From a virus (taxonomy: Duplodnaviria; Caudoviricetes), in the IMG/VR virus record IMGVR_UViG_3300014158_000007, positions 1 through 27,330 of that record: a stretch of 27,330 bases of DNA; one strand, written 5' to 3'. Positions within the stretch are counted from its first letter, which is position 1. Each line of letters starts with the position of its first letter. Under the pieces are notes generated by a model, which worked only from the letters and a program-made list of their open reading frames with translations, had not been told where the DNA came from and ran no database searches. The translations under genes and the position numbers were made by a program. Below are positions 14,963 to 23,641 of this stretch, one piece after another.

Positions 14963-15502
14963 ATGGATTTATCAGTTTTAGTTGTTCGTGCTGCTGACGA
15001 GGGAATGCCAATAGCAGCCCTTAAGCGGGTGTTCAATAATACTCCTGATGGTGAACCACTTCCCATCCGCAACATCCTTCACGATGCTGTGACACATGGG
15101 CGCCTGGTTCAGATGCCTGCGGAAGACTGGCCTGTGAATACCCGTCGAGAAGATCGGGTCCCCACAATCCCTGTGCACGAGCTTCGAGAAGATGAAGCCG
15201 GCCTGCTGATGAAACTTGCTCGGGTATTCCGTACAACCCGTCTTGAAAGTAGCATTCTGCTGGTTGTCCTTCGCCGGCACTTCGCCACGCGAGAGATGCT
15301 TCACGATGCCGTTGAGGCTAACCGTGGAAACCCGGACGAACCTACGGACAAGAAGATTGTAGATGTGGTAGTGTGTAAGTTGCGTAAGAAATTAACCCCA
15401 AAAGGGCTAAATTTACACACAGTTCACTCGCAAGGGTATGAAATGAGTGAGATTGACAGACAGAAAGCCTGGGACCTAGTGCGGGAAGCATTTCCATCAT
15501 GA
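14963..15502 (+). CDS. OmpR/PhoB-type winged-helix protein with CtrA-like DNA-binding domain and no receiver domain
   Basis: DEPTDKKIVDVVVCKLRKKL...LHTVHSQGY resembles CtrA DEPELKIIDVFICKLRKKL...IETVWGRGY (recalled). Confidence 0.85.
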   Translation: MDLSVLVVRAADEGMPIAALKRVFNNTPDGEPLPIRNILHDAVTHGRLVQMPAEDWPVNTRREDRVPTIPVHELREDEAGLLMKLARVFRTTRLESSILLVVLRRHFATREMLHDAVEANRGNPDEPTDKKIVDVVVCKLRKKLTPKGLNLHTVHSQGYEMSEIDRQKAWDLVREAFPS

Positions 15503-15837
15503 CCACAGTGCAGTTTGACCGGGAAGATATGAGAAGTCTTGGGGCCCAAGTCAAAAATGACATATTTCAGGCAATTCTAGGCACAAAAGACGTAAAAATA
15601 CTCCCAGAAGCGTACGGTGAATTTATACTTACCGCCGTATCTTTGTATGGAATTGTAGTACGTGCAGAGCTTCTGGAGACCATGAGTGGCCTGTTGGAAC
15701 AGCAACAGTTGACGGAAGAAATTATTAACAAGGCTATTGTGTACTTGTGTCGGGAATGTGACCTGAAAGCCGCTAAACTTGGCAATCAGGTAGAACTAAT
15801 TGGCGAAGTCCGTGATGCTCCCGAGGTACGACACTAA
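15499..15837 (+). CDS. Hypothetical protein (112 aa)
   Basis: ATGA overlap with the wHTH gene. Confidence 0.65.
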   Translation: MTTVQFDREDMRSLGAQVKNDIFQAILGTKDVKILPEAYGEFILTAVSLYGIVVRAELLETMSGLLEQQQLTEEIINKAIVYLCRECDLKAAKLGNQVELIGEVRDAPEVRH

Positions 15838-15887
15838 CTATTTATATAGAACCCCCTGCTATCGGTTAATAAACAGAGGGTTTTTCC

Positions 15888-16181
15888 ATGGCTCGCCGCC
15901 CATCTTCTCAGAACGACTTCCCCTTGTCGGATGATGCCAAGTTTATGCTTGGCGAAATCAGCGCCATCGTAAAAACGCTGCCATCTCGGATGGATAAATT
16001 TGAGCAAAAAATGGATAACGCAGTTATCAGTCTAGATAACCGAGTAGCCCATCTTGAGGAATTGAACGCTAATCGCAGTGGTTCCGTTAATACGATGCAG
16101 CGCATTGGAACTTACGTGTGGGCATTTATTTCAGCTACTGTAAGTGGCTTCCTAGTGTGGTTCCTTGGGCGGCATAGTTAA
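15888..16181 (+). CDS. Coiled-coil protein with C-terminal TM helix (possible holin/lysis accessory)
   Basis: Heptad region RMDKFEQKMD..LDNRVAHLE followed by a hydrophobic C-terminus. Confidence 0.65.
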   Translation: MARRPSSQNDFPLSDDAKFMLGEISAIVKTLPSRMDKFEQKMDNAVISLDNRVAHLEELNANRSGSVNTMQRIGTYVWAFISATVSGFLVWFLGRHS

Positions 16182-16200
16182 TCCCACACGTTAGGTGGTT

Positions 16201-17655
16201 TCATGTCCATCCTCCACTTGGCATGGGCGGCGTGGGCTGTTTAATACGTGGGGAGAAGACACGGCCGATTGCCTGAAGCATACCGCCATGGCAGACCAGG
16301 CAGACGTATTCGAGACAGTCGGAGACGTGTGAAAATTCATCCTTGCGTGGGACCGGTTTTCTCAAGCCCGACACCTTCATAAATTCGAACCTGTAGCCCC
16401 CGTTGAGGGCTCTCACTAGGTGTGGACAACCCTCCCGGTTGATAAGCATGCTAGGGCCGCCATTTGTATGGCGACCAAGAAAACTCTCTACCGCACGTAG
16501 TCTCGGATCGAGGTCGTTGGTGGGAGCCGGAAAGCAAGGAAATCCCAGACGTGACAGAAGATCGAAGCTGGTTTCCTCGCTGTGGGTGCTCCGTGCTACC
16601 CCAGCAGGATCGCCCACCAGGACAATCTTGCAGCCCATATACTTTGACTGCATCAATCGCCCGCGAAGGCTCTCTTGACAATGCTTCTCTAGTCCAATAT
16701 TGTTCGCTGGCACTTCCTCGTGGACCAGGAGGCGGCCCAAGTGATCCGGTTGACATATGAGGCTCCACGGGTCGCGGCCGAAGTCTTGTCCAACTACGAT
16801 TGGATATCCGGGAATAACATTCGTGTTGTCTACAACATGCCAATTTAACCGGAAGGTTTCACGGAAGACGGCGCGCCCACTCGGATCGTCTCCGTACTCT
16901 GCCTTGACATAGCGTTTTACGAAGTCACTATCAATCCCATGCATACGCACCATGCGGTTATAATACTCGCGTCCACGGGCAATTCGGTCTGGATGGTTGA
17001 ACGGTAGCTTCTTGGTTTCTTCTGTCTGTAGCAGATAGTTGAGGTTCTCGGCGTTCCACGCGAGCCCAGAGGGTTGCTTGAATATTTGCCAGTCAGCCGG
17101 GGGGTTCTCCATGAACTTGTGCCATGCGGTCATTTCTGCGGGGAAGTTAGTGTCCGCCACTATGCCGTTCCATGTGGGGGAACCTTTGGCAGCGCTTGGA
17201 TATCGTCCGATGCGGCCTGACAGCGGGCCCAGGATGTCTATATCCATTTCAATTGCTTCACTCAACCATGCACCGGTAAGCTGCATGGAGAGGAGCCGCC
17301 CTTGATCTGCGGCGTCTTCGAGTGGAAGAAAAACCCACTCACTTCGTATATCATCAAAGTTGATGTAATAGGTACCGTCAGAAACTTTCCACTGTCCCAT
17401 GCGGTTGGCGGCAAGCCATGTATCGCAATCCTTGAGCACCGTGTCTTTAAGCTGCTTCAAAGTTTGCCGGACTACAGCATGACGTGTATATCGAAGTCCA
17501 TCGTCGCCCGGATGCTGTTCGATAGACCGGCGCACAAGTTCTACAATGACCCCGGTAGTCTTACCTGATCCAACAGGACCGGCGACAAGACGGCCGAAAG
17601 CATCGCTCTTAGAGAACGATGCCATAGTGGGGGAAGCATCGTATTTGAAAGCCAT
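16201..17655 (-). CDS. terL: Terminase large subunit
   Basis: Walker A GPVGSGKT, Walker B-like GAWLSE, coupling motif DTN, RNase H-like GQDFG and SHVSDCLEY. Confidence 0.93.
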   Translation of the reverse strand: MAFKYDASPTMASFSKSDAFGRLVAGPVGSGKTTGVIVELVRRSIEQHPGDDGLRYTRHAVVRQTLKQLKDTVLKDCDTWLAANRMGQWKVSDGTYYINFDDIRSEWVFLPLEDAADQGRLLSMQLTGAWLSEAIEMDIDILGPLSGRIGRYPSAAKGSPTWNGIVADTNFPAEMTAWHKFMENPPADWQIFKQPSGLAWNAENLNYLLQTEETKKLPFNHPDRIARGREYYNRMVRMHGIDSDFVKRYVKAEYGDDPSGRAVFRETFRLNWHVVDNTNVIPGYPIVVGQDFGRDPWSLICQPDHLGRLLVHEEVPANNIGLEKHCQESLRGRLMQSKYMGCKIVLVGDPAGVARSTHSEETSFDLLSRLGFPCFPAPTNDLDPRLRAVESFLGRHTNGGPSMLINREGCPHLVRALNGGYRFEFMKVSGLRKPVPRKDEFSHVSDCLEYVCLVCHGGMLQAIGRVFSPRIKQPTPPMPSGGWT

Positions 17656-17656
17656 A

Positions 17657-18640
17657 TTAGACCTTGATTATTTTTCCGCGAAACTGGAAATGTTCTTCGT
17701 CCCATTTTATTACAAGTTCGGGATACAGCAGTTTGCCATCTAGGAATGTAAACACTCCGAAGGCGGAACGCCAGTTCTTAGGGTTGTCTTCGGTATAATC
17801 AAGAAAGGCCCGGTGACCGGGTTCAGCCACGCATCCGGTATCGACGCCGTAGCGTGTCCCATTATAATCGGTGTAAGGGATGACTTTTGCGCTATGCAAA
17901 TGTCCGGTGATAGTCGTGAGCCCGGATCGCAATGTGTTGTTCCACGGTGCATGGTCGCCTCCCTTGAAGCGATGTTTGACTACAACATTGCCATTGATCC
18001 AGCAAGACCAACAAGGTTCCCAGATCGGAAAGTGATCACGAAGATGAACACCGTGAAGTTTGGCATACTCCGGTGCAACGGTGGCAAGTCTTGTTTCAAA
18101 ACGTCCGTCATGATTTCCTAGGGTCCACACTTTTAGTGTCCCACCTGGAAGTGCCCTACAGATTTCATCCAACCGGGCTTGAGCCGTTTCTATTTCCTCT
18201 TTAACGGTGGGTTGTTTCTCCCAACCAATCGGCGGATGCCGACTGACTGCCGCCATATCAACCACGTCACCATTTGCGATGAAAAGTTTTGGTTTTAATT
18301 CCTTGCACATCATCACCAAGGCACGATGCATTGTGGACTTGGGGCCTGGCCAATAGTGGAAGTCGGACCCAATGATGACTACGCCATTCGGCACATTGTA
18401 TTCGATGCGGCCAGGATGTTGTTCCAGACCGGGGATTATTCGTTCGGCCGATCTCTTGGGGTTTAGAACACCGGAGGTTATAATAATATCACGTTTTCTT
18501 TCCAGTCTGTTTCTTCGCCGTGTAACATCACGTTTTTGTATGTTTAGTTTTCTTGCTGTTTCTGCTGGACCAAACTGTTGGTACATTTCGATGAAGGTAT
18601 CATCGTCACAGCGTGGGGCACCACTATTGACACCACCCAT
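17657..18640 (-). CDS. Calcineurin-like metallophosphoesterase with N-terminal HTH-like segment
   Basis: SDFH, NGDVVD, GNHD, KH and GHLH motifs. Confidence 0.9.
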   Translation of the reverse strand: MGGVNSGAPRCDDDTFIEMYQQFGPAETARKLNIQKRDVTRRRNRLERKRDIIITSGVLNPKRSAERIIPGLEQHPGRIEYNVPNGVVIIGSDFHYWPGPKSTMHRALVMMCKELKPKLFIANGDVVDMAAVSRHPPIGWEKQPTVKEEIETAQARLDEICRALPGGTLKVWTLGNHDGRFETRLATVAPEYAKLHGVHLRDHFPIWEPCWSCWINGNVVVKHRFKGGDHAPWNNTLRSGLTTITGHLHSAKVIPYTDYNGTRYGVDTGCVAEPGHRAFLDYTEDNPKNWRSAFGVFTFLDGKLLYPELVIKWDEEHFQFRGKIIKV

Positions 18641-19146
18641 TACACTCTCTCCGTTGCTTCAATGGCTTGGATCATTGGGTCGCCTGGCATCATATCGATG
18701 GTCTTTTCAAAAGACAAGCGGGTATCGGCACCGAGGTTAATTTCAATTTTGAACCGCTCACCGGGCTCGCTTGACCCCGGCACTTTCTTTAACCCTGCCA
18801 TGTCGGCCAACCATTTGCCAGCCTCTACAGCATGGTTAAGAGGTTCCTTAGGGTCGATCATGCGTGCATAAATATGGGGCATTGCCGCTTCAACTGCCGC
18901 GGCGGCTTCTAGCTGGGTTCGGGCCACCGTGTTGAGAGCACTTTGCCACTCAATTCTGGCTGCGTCCACAAGCTTTTGAAAGAGTTCATCTTGTTTAAGC
19001 TTTTCGTAACTGACTTGAGAGACCTTATAGGTCGCCAATATGTCCGCTTCCTCGCGGAGCCCTAAGGCAGTCTCGCGCGCAAGACCGGTAACGATGTATG
19101 GGGTTAACGGTGTCTCAGGTTCTGGTGTGGTAAGTGATTGATCCAT
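18640..19146 (-). CDS. Probable terminase small subunit
   Basis: 168-aa helical protein leading the terL operon; C-terminal GERFKIEINLG strand; AGGAAAG SD. Confidence 0.6.
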   Translation of the reverse strand: MDQSLTTPEPETPLTPYIVTGLARETALGLREEADILATYKVSQVSYEKLKQDELFQKLVDAARIEWQSALNTVARTQLEAAAAVEAAMPHIYARMIDPKEPLNHAVEAGKWLADMAGLKKVPGSSEPGERFKIEINLGADTRLSFEKTIDMMPGDPMIQAIEATERV

Positions 19147-19189
19147 GGCCGCTCTTTCCTAAAGCAGTTTCATTAACAGGTTGCTACTT

Positions 19190-21589
19190 ATGGCCGATAT
19201 AGGACAAGAAGGGGTGCTCCAGGTAATACCTGAAGCGGTTTTGCAAGCCCAGCAACAGCAAAAAGCAACTGCTCTTGCCCAAGCTCAGGATGCGGCCAAG
19301 AACAACGCCCAACAGGATGTTTCAACGCTGGTCTCCTATGTTAAAGGCCAGTACGAGATCATGCGAAACCACCGGAATATACAAGCCGGCTGGTCCGAAC
19401 GTTTGCTTATAGCTCTTCGAGCCTACAATGGACAGTATGATGCCACGAAGCTCCAAGAAATTCGCATGTGGGGTGGCTCCGAGCTTTATATGCGGAGCAT
19501 AGCACAGAAATGCCGTGCCGCTAGTTCACTTCTTCGTGATATTTATCTCGGCCCCGACCGCTGCTGGGGACTCAAACCCCCTGTTGCTCCTCCTATTCCG
19601 GATGATGTAACCCAGAAAATTGATCAGTTAATGCAGACTGAGGCACAATTTGTCCAGCAAATGGGGGCACCGCCACCTTCACCGCAAGATTTGCAAAGTA
19701 GAAAACGTGCCCTTTTAAGTAGTGCTTTTGAGGCTGCAAAAAAGAAAGCGGCTGATGAAGCCAAGACTAGCGAAGATAAGATAGATGAAATCTTGCTAGA
19801 AGGAGGGTTTTACGATGCCTTGGCCCAGTTCCTTGTTGATCTTCCAGTGTTCCCTTTTGCTTGCATTAAGGGACCAGTGGTTCGAATGGTTCCGACTATC
19901 ACTTGGCCTCAGCAGGGGCAAAGTGGCGTACAGCCCGACCAAAGTGGCGCACAGCCCGGCCAAAACCAAAGCGGACAACCTACAATTCAGATGAAGGCCA
20001 CGCTGACGTGGGAACGGGTGTCACCGTTTGATCTATGGTGGACGCCTGGCGTGGCGTCTATCGAGAACGCCAGCATTATCGAGAAGAGCCAAGTCACGCG
20101 AGCACAACTGAATGAATGCCTTGATCTGCCTGGATATAATCAGGATGAACTTAAGGCGGTACTTGATGAATATGGTCGTGGCGGCTTATATGATAACTGG
20201 GACTTGACTGATGCCGAGCGTAGTGTCCTTGAAAGCCGGGAGAACCCAGCATGGAACCGGTCAGCCCTTATCTCTCAGATGGAGTTCAATGGGAACGTCC
20301 AGGGGCGTGTGTTGCAGGATTACGGACTTGCTGTGGCGGACGAGCTTCGGGATTATCATGTTCAGGTTTGGCTTATTGGTTCGCACGTAATCAAAGCCCA
20401 ATTGTCCCCGTCCCCCCGTATGCGGCATCCCTATTTCATAACATCATTCGAGAAGGTTCCAGGGACACCAATCGGTAACGGTTTAACGGACATTCTTACG
20501 GACATTCAGGAAGCTTCGAATGCAACCCTGCGGGGTCTGATTAATAACTTATCTATCGCATCTGGGCCTCAAGTTGTAATAGATGATGATCAGATCGATC
20601 CCTCAGAAAACAGTGAGAGTTTATTCCCATGGAAAAGGTGGCATGTTCGGAAGAACCTGTTGTCCGGTACGACAAGTACGCGGCCCGGCGTGGAGTTCTT
20701 CCAACCTCAGGACAATTCCGACAAGTTGATCAAAGTTCTGGAATTTCTGGACAGCAAAGCGGACGACGTGTCAGCTATTCCGAAATACATCGGAGGAGCG
20801 GCCGGTGGGAATGCGGGGCGGACAGCATCTGGGCTTGCGATGCTGATGGGCAATGCATCGAAAATCTTACAGACTGTATCAGCGAACGTAGACCGCGAAG
20901 TAATGAAGCCGGCTCTCTTGCAATTGTTAGATTTGATCCTGCTCACCGACACCAGCGGGCTATTAACCGGGGAGGAAAAAGTTAGTGTCCAAGGTGTCAA
21001 TGTTGCAATCCAGCGTGAAACTCAGCGCCAACGCCAGCTTGAATTTCTTCAGGCGACCGCGAACCCGCTTGACCAGAAAATCGTAGGGATCAAAGGTCGC
21101 GGACTTATTCTACGGTCAGTTGCTTCTACAATCGGCCTTCCAGGCGATGAAATTGTCCCGCCAGATGACAAGCTTGATCAGATGCAACAAGCCGAAGAGG
21201 CTCAAGCACAGAACGCCGGGGCAATCGAAGCTATCAATAAAGGGGTTGATGCCGGTGTTAAGGCAGGCGTTCAGCGGGTCACGACAGAGTTAACAGCCGC
21301 TGGCCTTGGAATGCAAGAACAGATGCCGATGGGGGCACCGACCCACATTGGTACTCCAGGAGGGCCTCCAGGTGGCCAGCCGCAACCCGGTGGTGCGCCG
21401 ATGGGTCCAGGAGGGCCAGGACAGCCCGGTGCTCCTCAAGGCGCTCCAGCGAACGCGGCTCATGCAGCAGCACGGGCTCAGGGCGCTAAGCCTAGTCCAT
21501 TAACCACACAACATTTAGGTCCGCAAACAGCCTTAACGGGAAACACAAAAGGGCCTAATGCTATTCCTGTGCAAGGAGGCGCAGGATGA
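19190..21589 (+). CDS. Portal protein with long Gly/Pro/Gln-rich tail
   Basis: About 800 aa next to the terminase operon; RVSPFDLWW, HPYF..SFEKVPG..IGNG, NNLSIASGP and RTASGLAML motifs typical of podovirus-like portals; ATG at 19190. Confidence 0.88.
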   Translation: MADIGQEGVLQVIPEAVLQAQQQQKATALAQAQDAAKNNAQQDVSTLVSYVKGQYEIMRNHRNIQAGWSERLLIALRAYNGQYDATKLQEIRMWGGSELYMRSIAQKCRAASSLLRDIYLGPDRCWGLKPPVAPPIPDDVTQKIDQLMQTEAQFVQQMGAPPPSPQDLQSRKRALLSSAFEAAKKKAADEAKTSEDKIDEILLEGGFYDALAQFLVDLPVFPFACIKGPVVRMVPTITWPQQGQSGVQPDQSGAQPGQNQSGQPTIQMKATLTWERVSPFDLWWTPGVASIENASIIEKSQVTRAQLNECLDLPGYNQDELKAVLDEYGRGGLYDNWDLTDAERSVLESRENPAWNRSALISQMEFNGNVQGRVLQDYGLAVADELRDYHVQVWLIGSHVIKAQLSPSPRMRHPYFITSFEKVPGTPIGNGLTDILTDIQEASNATLRGLINNLSIASGPQVVIDDDQIDPSENSESLFPWKRWHVRKNLLSGTTSTRPGVEFFQPQDNSDKLIKVLEFLDSKADDVSAIPKYIGGAAGGNAGRTASGLAMLMGNASKILQTVSANVDREVMKPALLQLLDLILLTDTSGLLTGEEKVSVQGVNVAIQRETQRQRQLEFLQATANPLDQKIVGIKGRGLILRSVASTIGLPGDEIVPPDDKLDQMQQAEEAQAQNAGAIEAINKGVDAGVKAGVQRVTTELTAAGLGMQEQMPMGAPTHIGTPGGPPGGQPQPGGAPMGPGGPGQPGAPQGAPANAAHAAARAQGAKPSPLTTQHLGPQTALTGNTKGPNAIPVQGGAG

Positions 21590-21948
21590 GTTTTTTGAAA
21601 CACTTCAACGAGACAAACCGGGGCTCCAATTTGCCGTTGTATCAAGCACGCGACCAAGTTGTAACACAGATTAGAGAAACCTTGTTAGAAGAGCAAGGTT
21701 TTCATTGTGCTGCTTGTGGGAAGAGTAATTCAGGCACCACGCGTCCATGGCATCTAGATCATGATCACAGGACAGGAAATGTTCGCGGGGTTTTATGTTA
21801 CCGTTGTAATATCACACTTGGCTTCGTGCGCGATGATCCGTTTCACCTTATATCTTTAATCCAATATTTGGGTAAAACGCAAGGGTCATGTTTACCTACT
21901 CTAAGTCAAAAAATAGGACCCCGTGCCACACTTAGCGAGACTAGATAA
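21586..21948 (+). CDS. Endonuclease VII-like (His-Me) protein
   Basis: CAAC...LDHDHRTGNVRGVLCYRCNITLG. Confidence 0.9.
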   Translation: MSFLKHFNETNRGSNLPLYQARDQVVTQIRETLLEEQGFHCAACGKSNSGTTRPWHLDHDHRTGNVRGVLCYRCNITLGFVRDDPFHLISLIQYLGKTQGSCLPTLSQKIGPRATLSETR

Positions 21949-22026
21949 CGTTTTGTTTACGGTAGTACGCTAGAAGGAAAGTATGAATTTTGAGCCCAGT
22001 TTTTAGCGGGTTTAGGAGCGACGACT

Positions 22027-22647
22027 ATGCCTAATTTTCAAATCCGGTCTTCTCGGTTTTATGACCTGAACACGCTAGGTCCTGTACTGAAACAGGTCGT
22101 TGATATCGTTAACGCCGGGAACCTTGGCGGTCCGACTGGGCCGGCTGGTGGCGTAGCTGGTACTGGTGCGACTGGTCCGTCTGGTCCCGCAGCAGTTACC
22201 GGTATTACAGGTCCGACTGGTTTCACGGGAAATACTGGTCCTACCGGCCCGAGCCCGGCTACAGGTCCAACGGGTCAGACCGGCCCGACTGGCGCTACAG
22301 GGCTCGCGGGCGGCTATACTGGCCCCACTGGGCCTTCTGGTCCTACCGGACCTTCTGCTACAGGTGTAACCGGTCCAACTGGTCCTGCGGGTGCCGCAGC
22401 CACTGGTGGTATTACTGGACCCACGGGTCAGACTGGTCCGACTGGTCCGATCCTTACGAACACGGGTCCGACTGGCCCAACTGGCCTTTATGCGGGTCCG
22501 ACTGGTCCGACTGGTCTAACTGGTCCCGCAGGGCCACAAGGTCCCGCTGGTGTTGGTGCTTGGTTGTGGGTTGCTCCCACGTCCGATCCGCATATCCTTG
22601 GTGCGGGATGGAATAACGGTGGAACGCTCGTAGTGTCCGCTGGTTAA
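22027..22647 (+). CDS. Collagen-like (Gly-Pro-Thr) protein 1
   Basis: Interrupted G-X-T repeats; AGGAG SD. Confidence 0.88.
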   Translation: MPNFQIRSSRFYDLNTLGPVLKQVVDIVNAGNLGGPTGPAGGVAGTGATGPSGPAAVTGITGPTGFTGNTGPTGPSPATGPTGQTGPTGATGLAGGYTGPTGPSGPTGPSATGVTGPTGPAGAAATGGITGPTGQTGPTGPILTNTGPTGPTGLYAGPTGPTGLTGPAGPQGPAGVGAWLWVAPTSDPHILGAGWNNGGTLVVSAG

Positions 22648-22659
22648 TAGGAGCGTCCG

Positions 22660-23565
22660 ATGGGTTTTAATATTCTCGCTTCCCGGCACTATGATAAATG
22701 GGGCAAGCACCGCGACGTTTTGAAGCAGGTTGTTGACATTTTCAACCTTGGTGGATGCACTGGTGGGACCGCTATTGGAGGACCCACGGGCGCTACGGGT
22801 GCAGCTAGCCCTACTGGGCCAACTGGTCCTACTGGTGGAACGCCTGCTAATAAAGCAGGTTTTACTGGTCCGACTGGCTTTACCGGAAAGACAGGTGCGG
22901 CAACTGGTCCGACTGGTTTAATGCCTACAGGTCCACAAGGACCGACTGGTCCGACGTTTGCACTTGCGCCAGTTGGTGGTCTCTTTGCTTCTTCGGCTAC
23001 TGGCCTTCAGGGTCCAACTGGTATCCCTGGCACTGGTGGCACGTCTATGACCGGTGTAACCGGCGCGACTGGTCCGCAACCTGGTACGGGACCGACTGGG
23101 CCGACTGGTATTCAAGGTTGTTCCGGCATGCCTGGGACTGGTATTACGGGGCCAACTGGGCCTACTGGTCCTTCAACTGGTCCTACTGGTCCTTATGGTT
23201 GGACGGTTACAGGGGCGACTGGTGCGACTGGTATCACGGGTCCCGGCGTTTATGGGGCCTTCCCTGGCGCGACTGGTTGGACTGGTCCTCTGGCTCAGGC
23301 ATATCAAGGGGATAACGGCCTTGACCCGAACCAGCCTCTGTCGCCTCCGGGCCCGACTGGTGGACTTTTCCTTCCCCCATTCTATGATCCGCACGTTGCC
23401 AATGCGGTATGGTTCAAGCCGACATATATTACGCCGAATGTGGGTAATTCACCACCGGCCCTTGAGCCGCCTATCGGGACTACCGGGATGACTGGCATCG
23501 GTAAGACTGGCACGGCCGGTCAGGTCGTTGTCCTCTTAGGAAGTTGGCAGATTTCCAGCGGTTAA
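22660..23565 (+). CDS. Collagen-like (Gly-Pro-Thr) protein 2
   Basis: Interrupted G-X-T repeats; N- and C-terminal motifs shared with protein 1; AGGAG SD. Confidence 0.88.
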   Translation: MGFNILASRHYDKWGKHRDVLKQVVDIFNLGGCTGGTAIGGPTGATGAASPTGPTGPTGGTPANKAGFTGPTGFTGKTGAATGPTGLMPTGPQGPTGPTFALAPVGGLFASSATGLQGPTGIPGTGGTSMTGVTGATGPQPGTGPTGPTGIQGCSGMPGTGITGPTGPTGPSTGPTGPYGWTVTGATGATGITGPGVYGAFPGATGWTGPLAQAYQGDNGLDPNQPLSPPGPTGGLFLPPFYDPHVANAVWFKPTYITPNVGNSPPALEPPIGTTGMTGIGKTGTAGQVVVLLGSWQISSG

Positions 23566-23573
23566 ATTAGTGC

Positions 23574-23627
23574 TTGACTTTTCCGATTGCGGAGAGTATC
23601 AGTAATCGATACTTTCCGCAACCGGAA
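23574..23627 (+). promoter_or_regulatory. TTGACT-N17-TATCAG promoter overlapped by a 20-bp inverted repeat
   Basis: 23581-23600 pairs with 23608-23627 (one mismatch, one G-U). Confidence 0.55.
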
Positions 23628-23641
23628 CATGGACCCCACCC

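Noticed and set aside
19915-19980. Short direct repeats inside the portal gene
   Set aside because: They encode a Gln/Gly low-complexity loop (QSGVQPDQSGAQPG); no sign of an intein or mobile insert.
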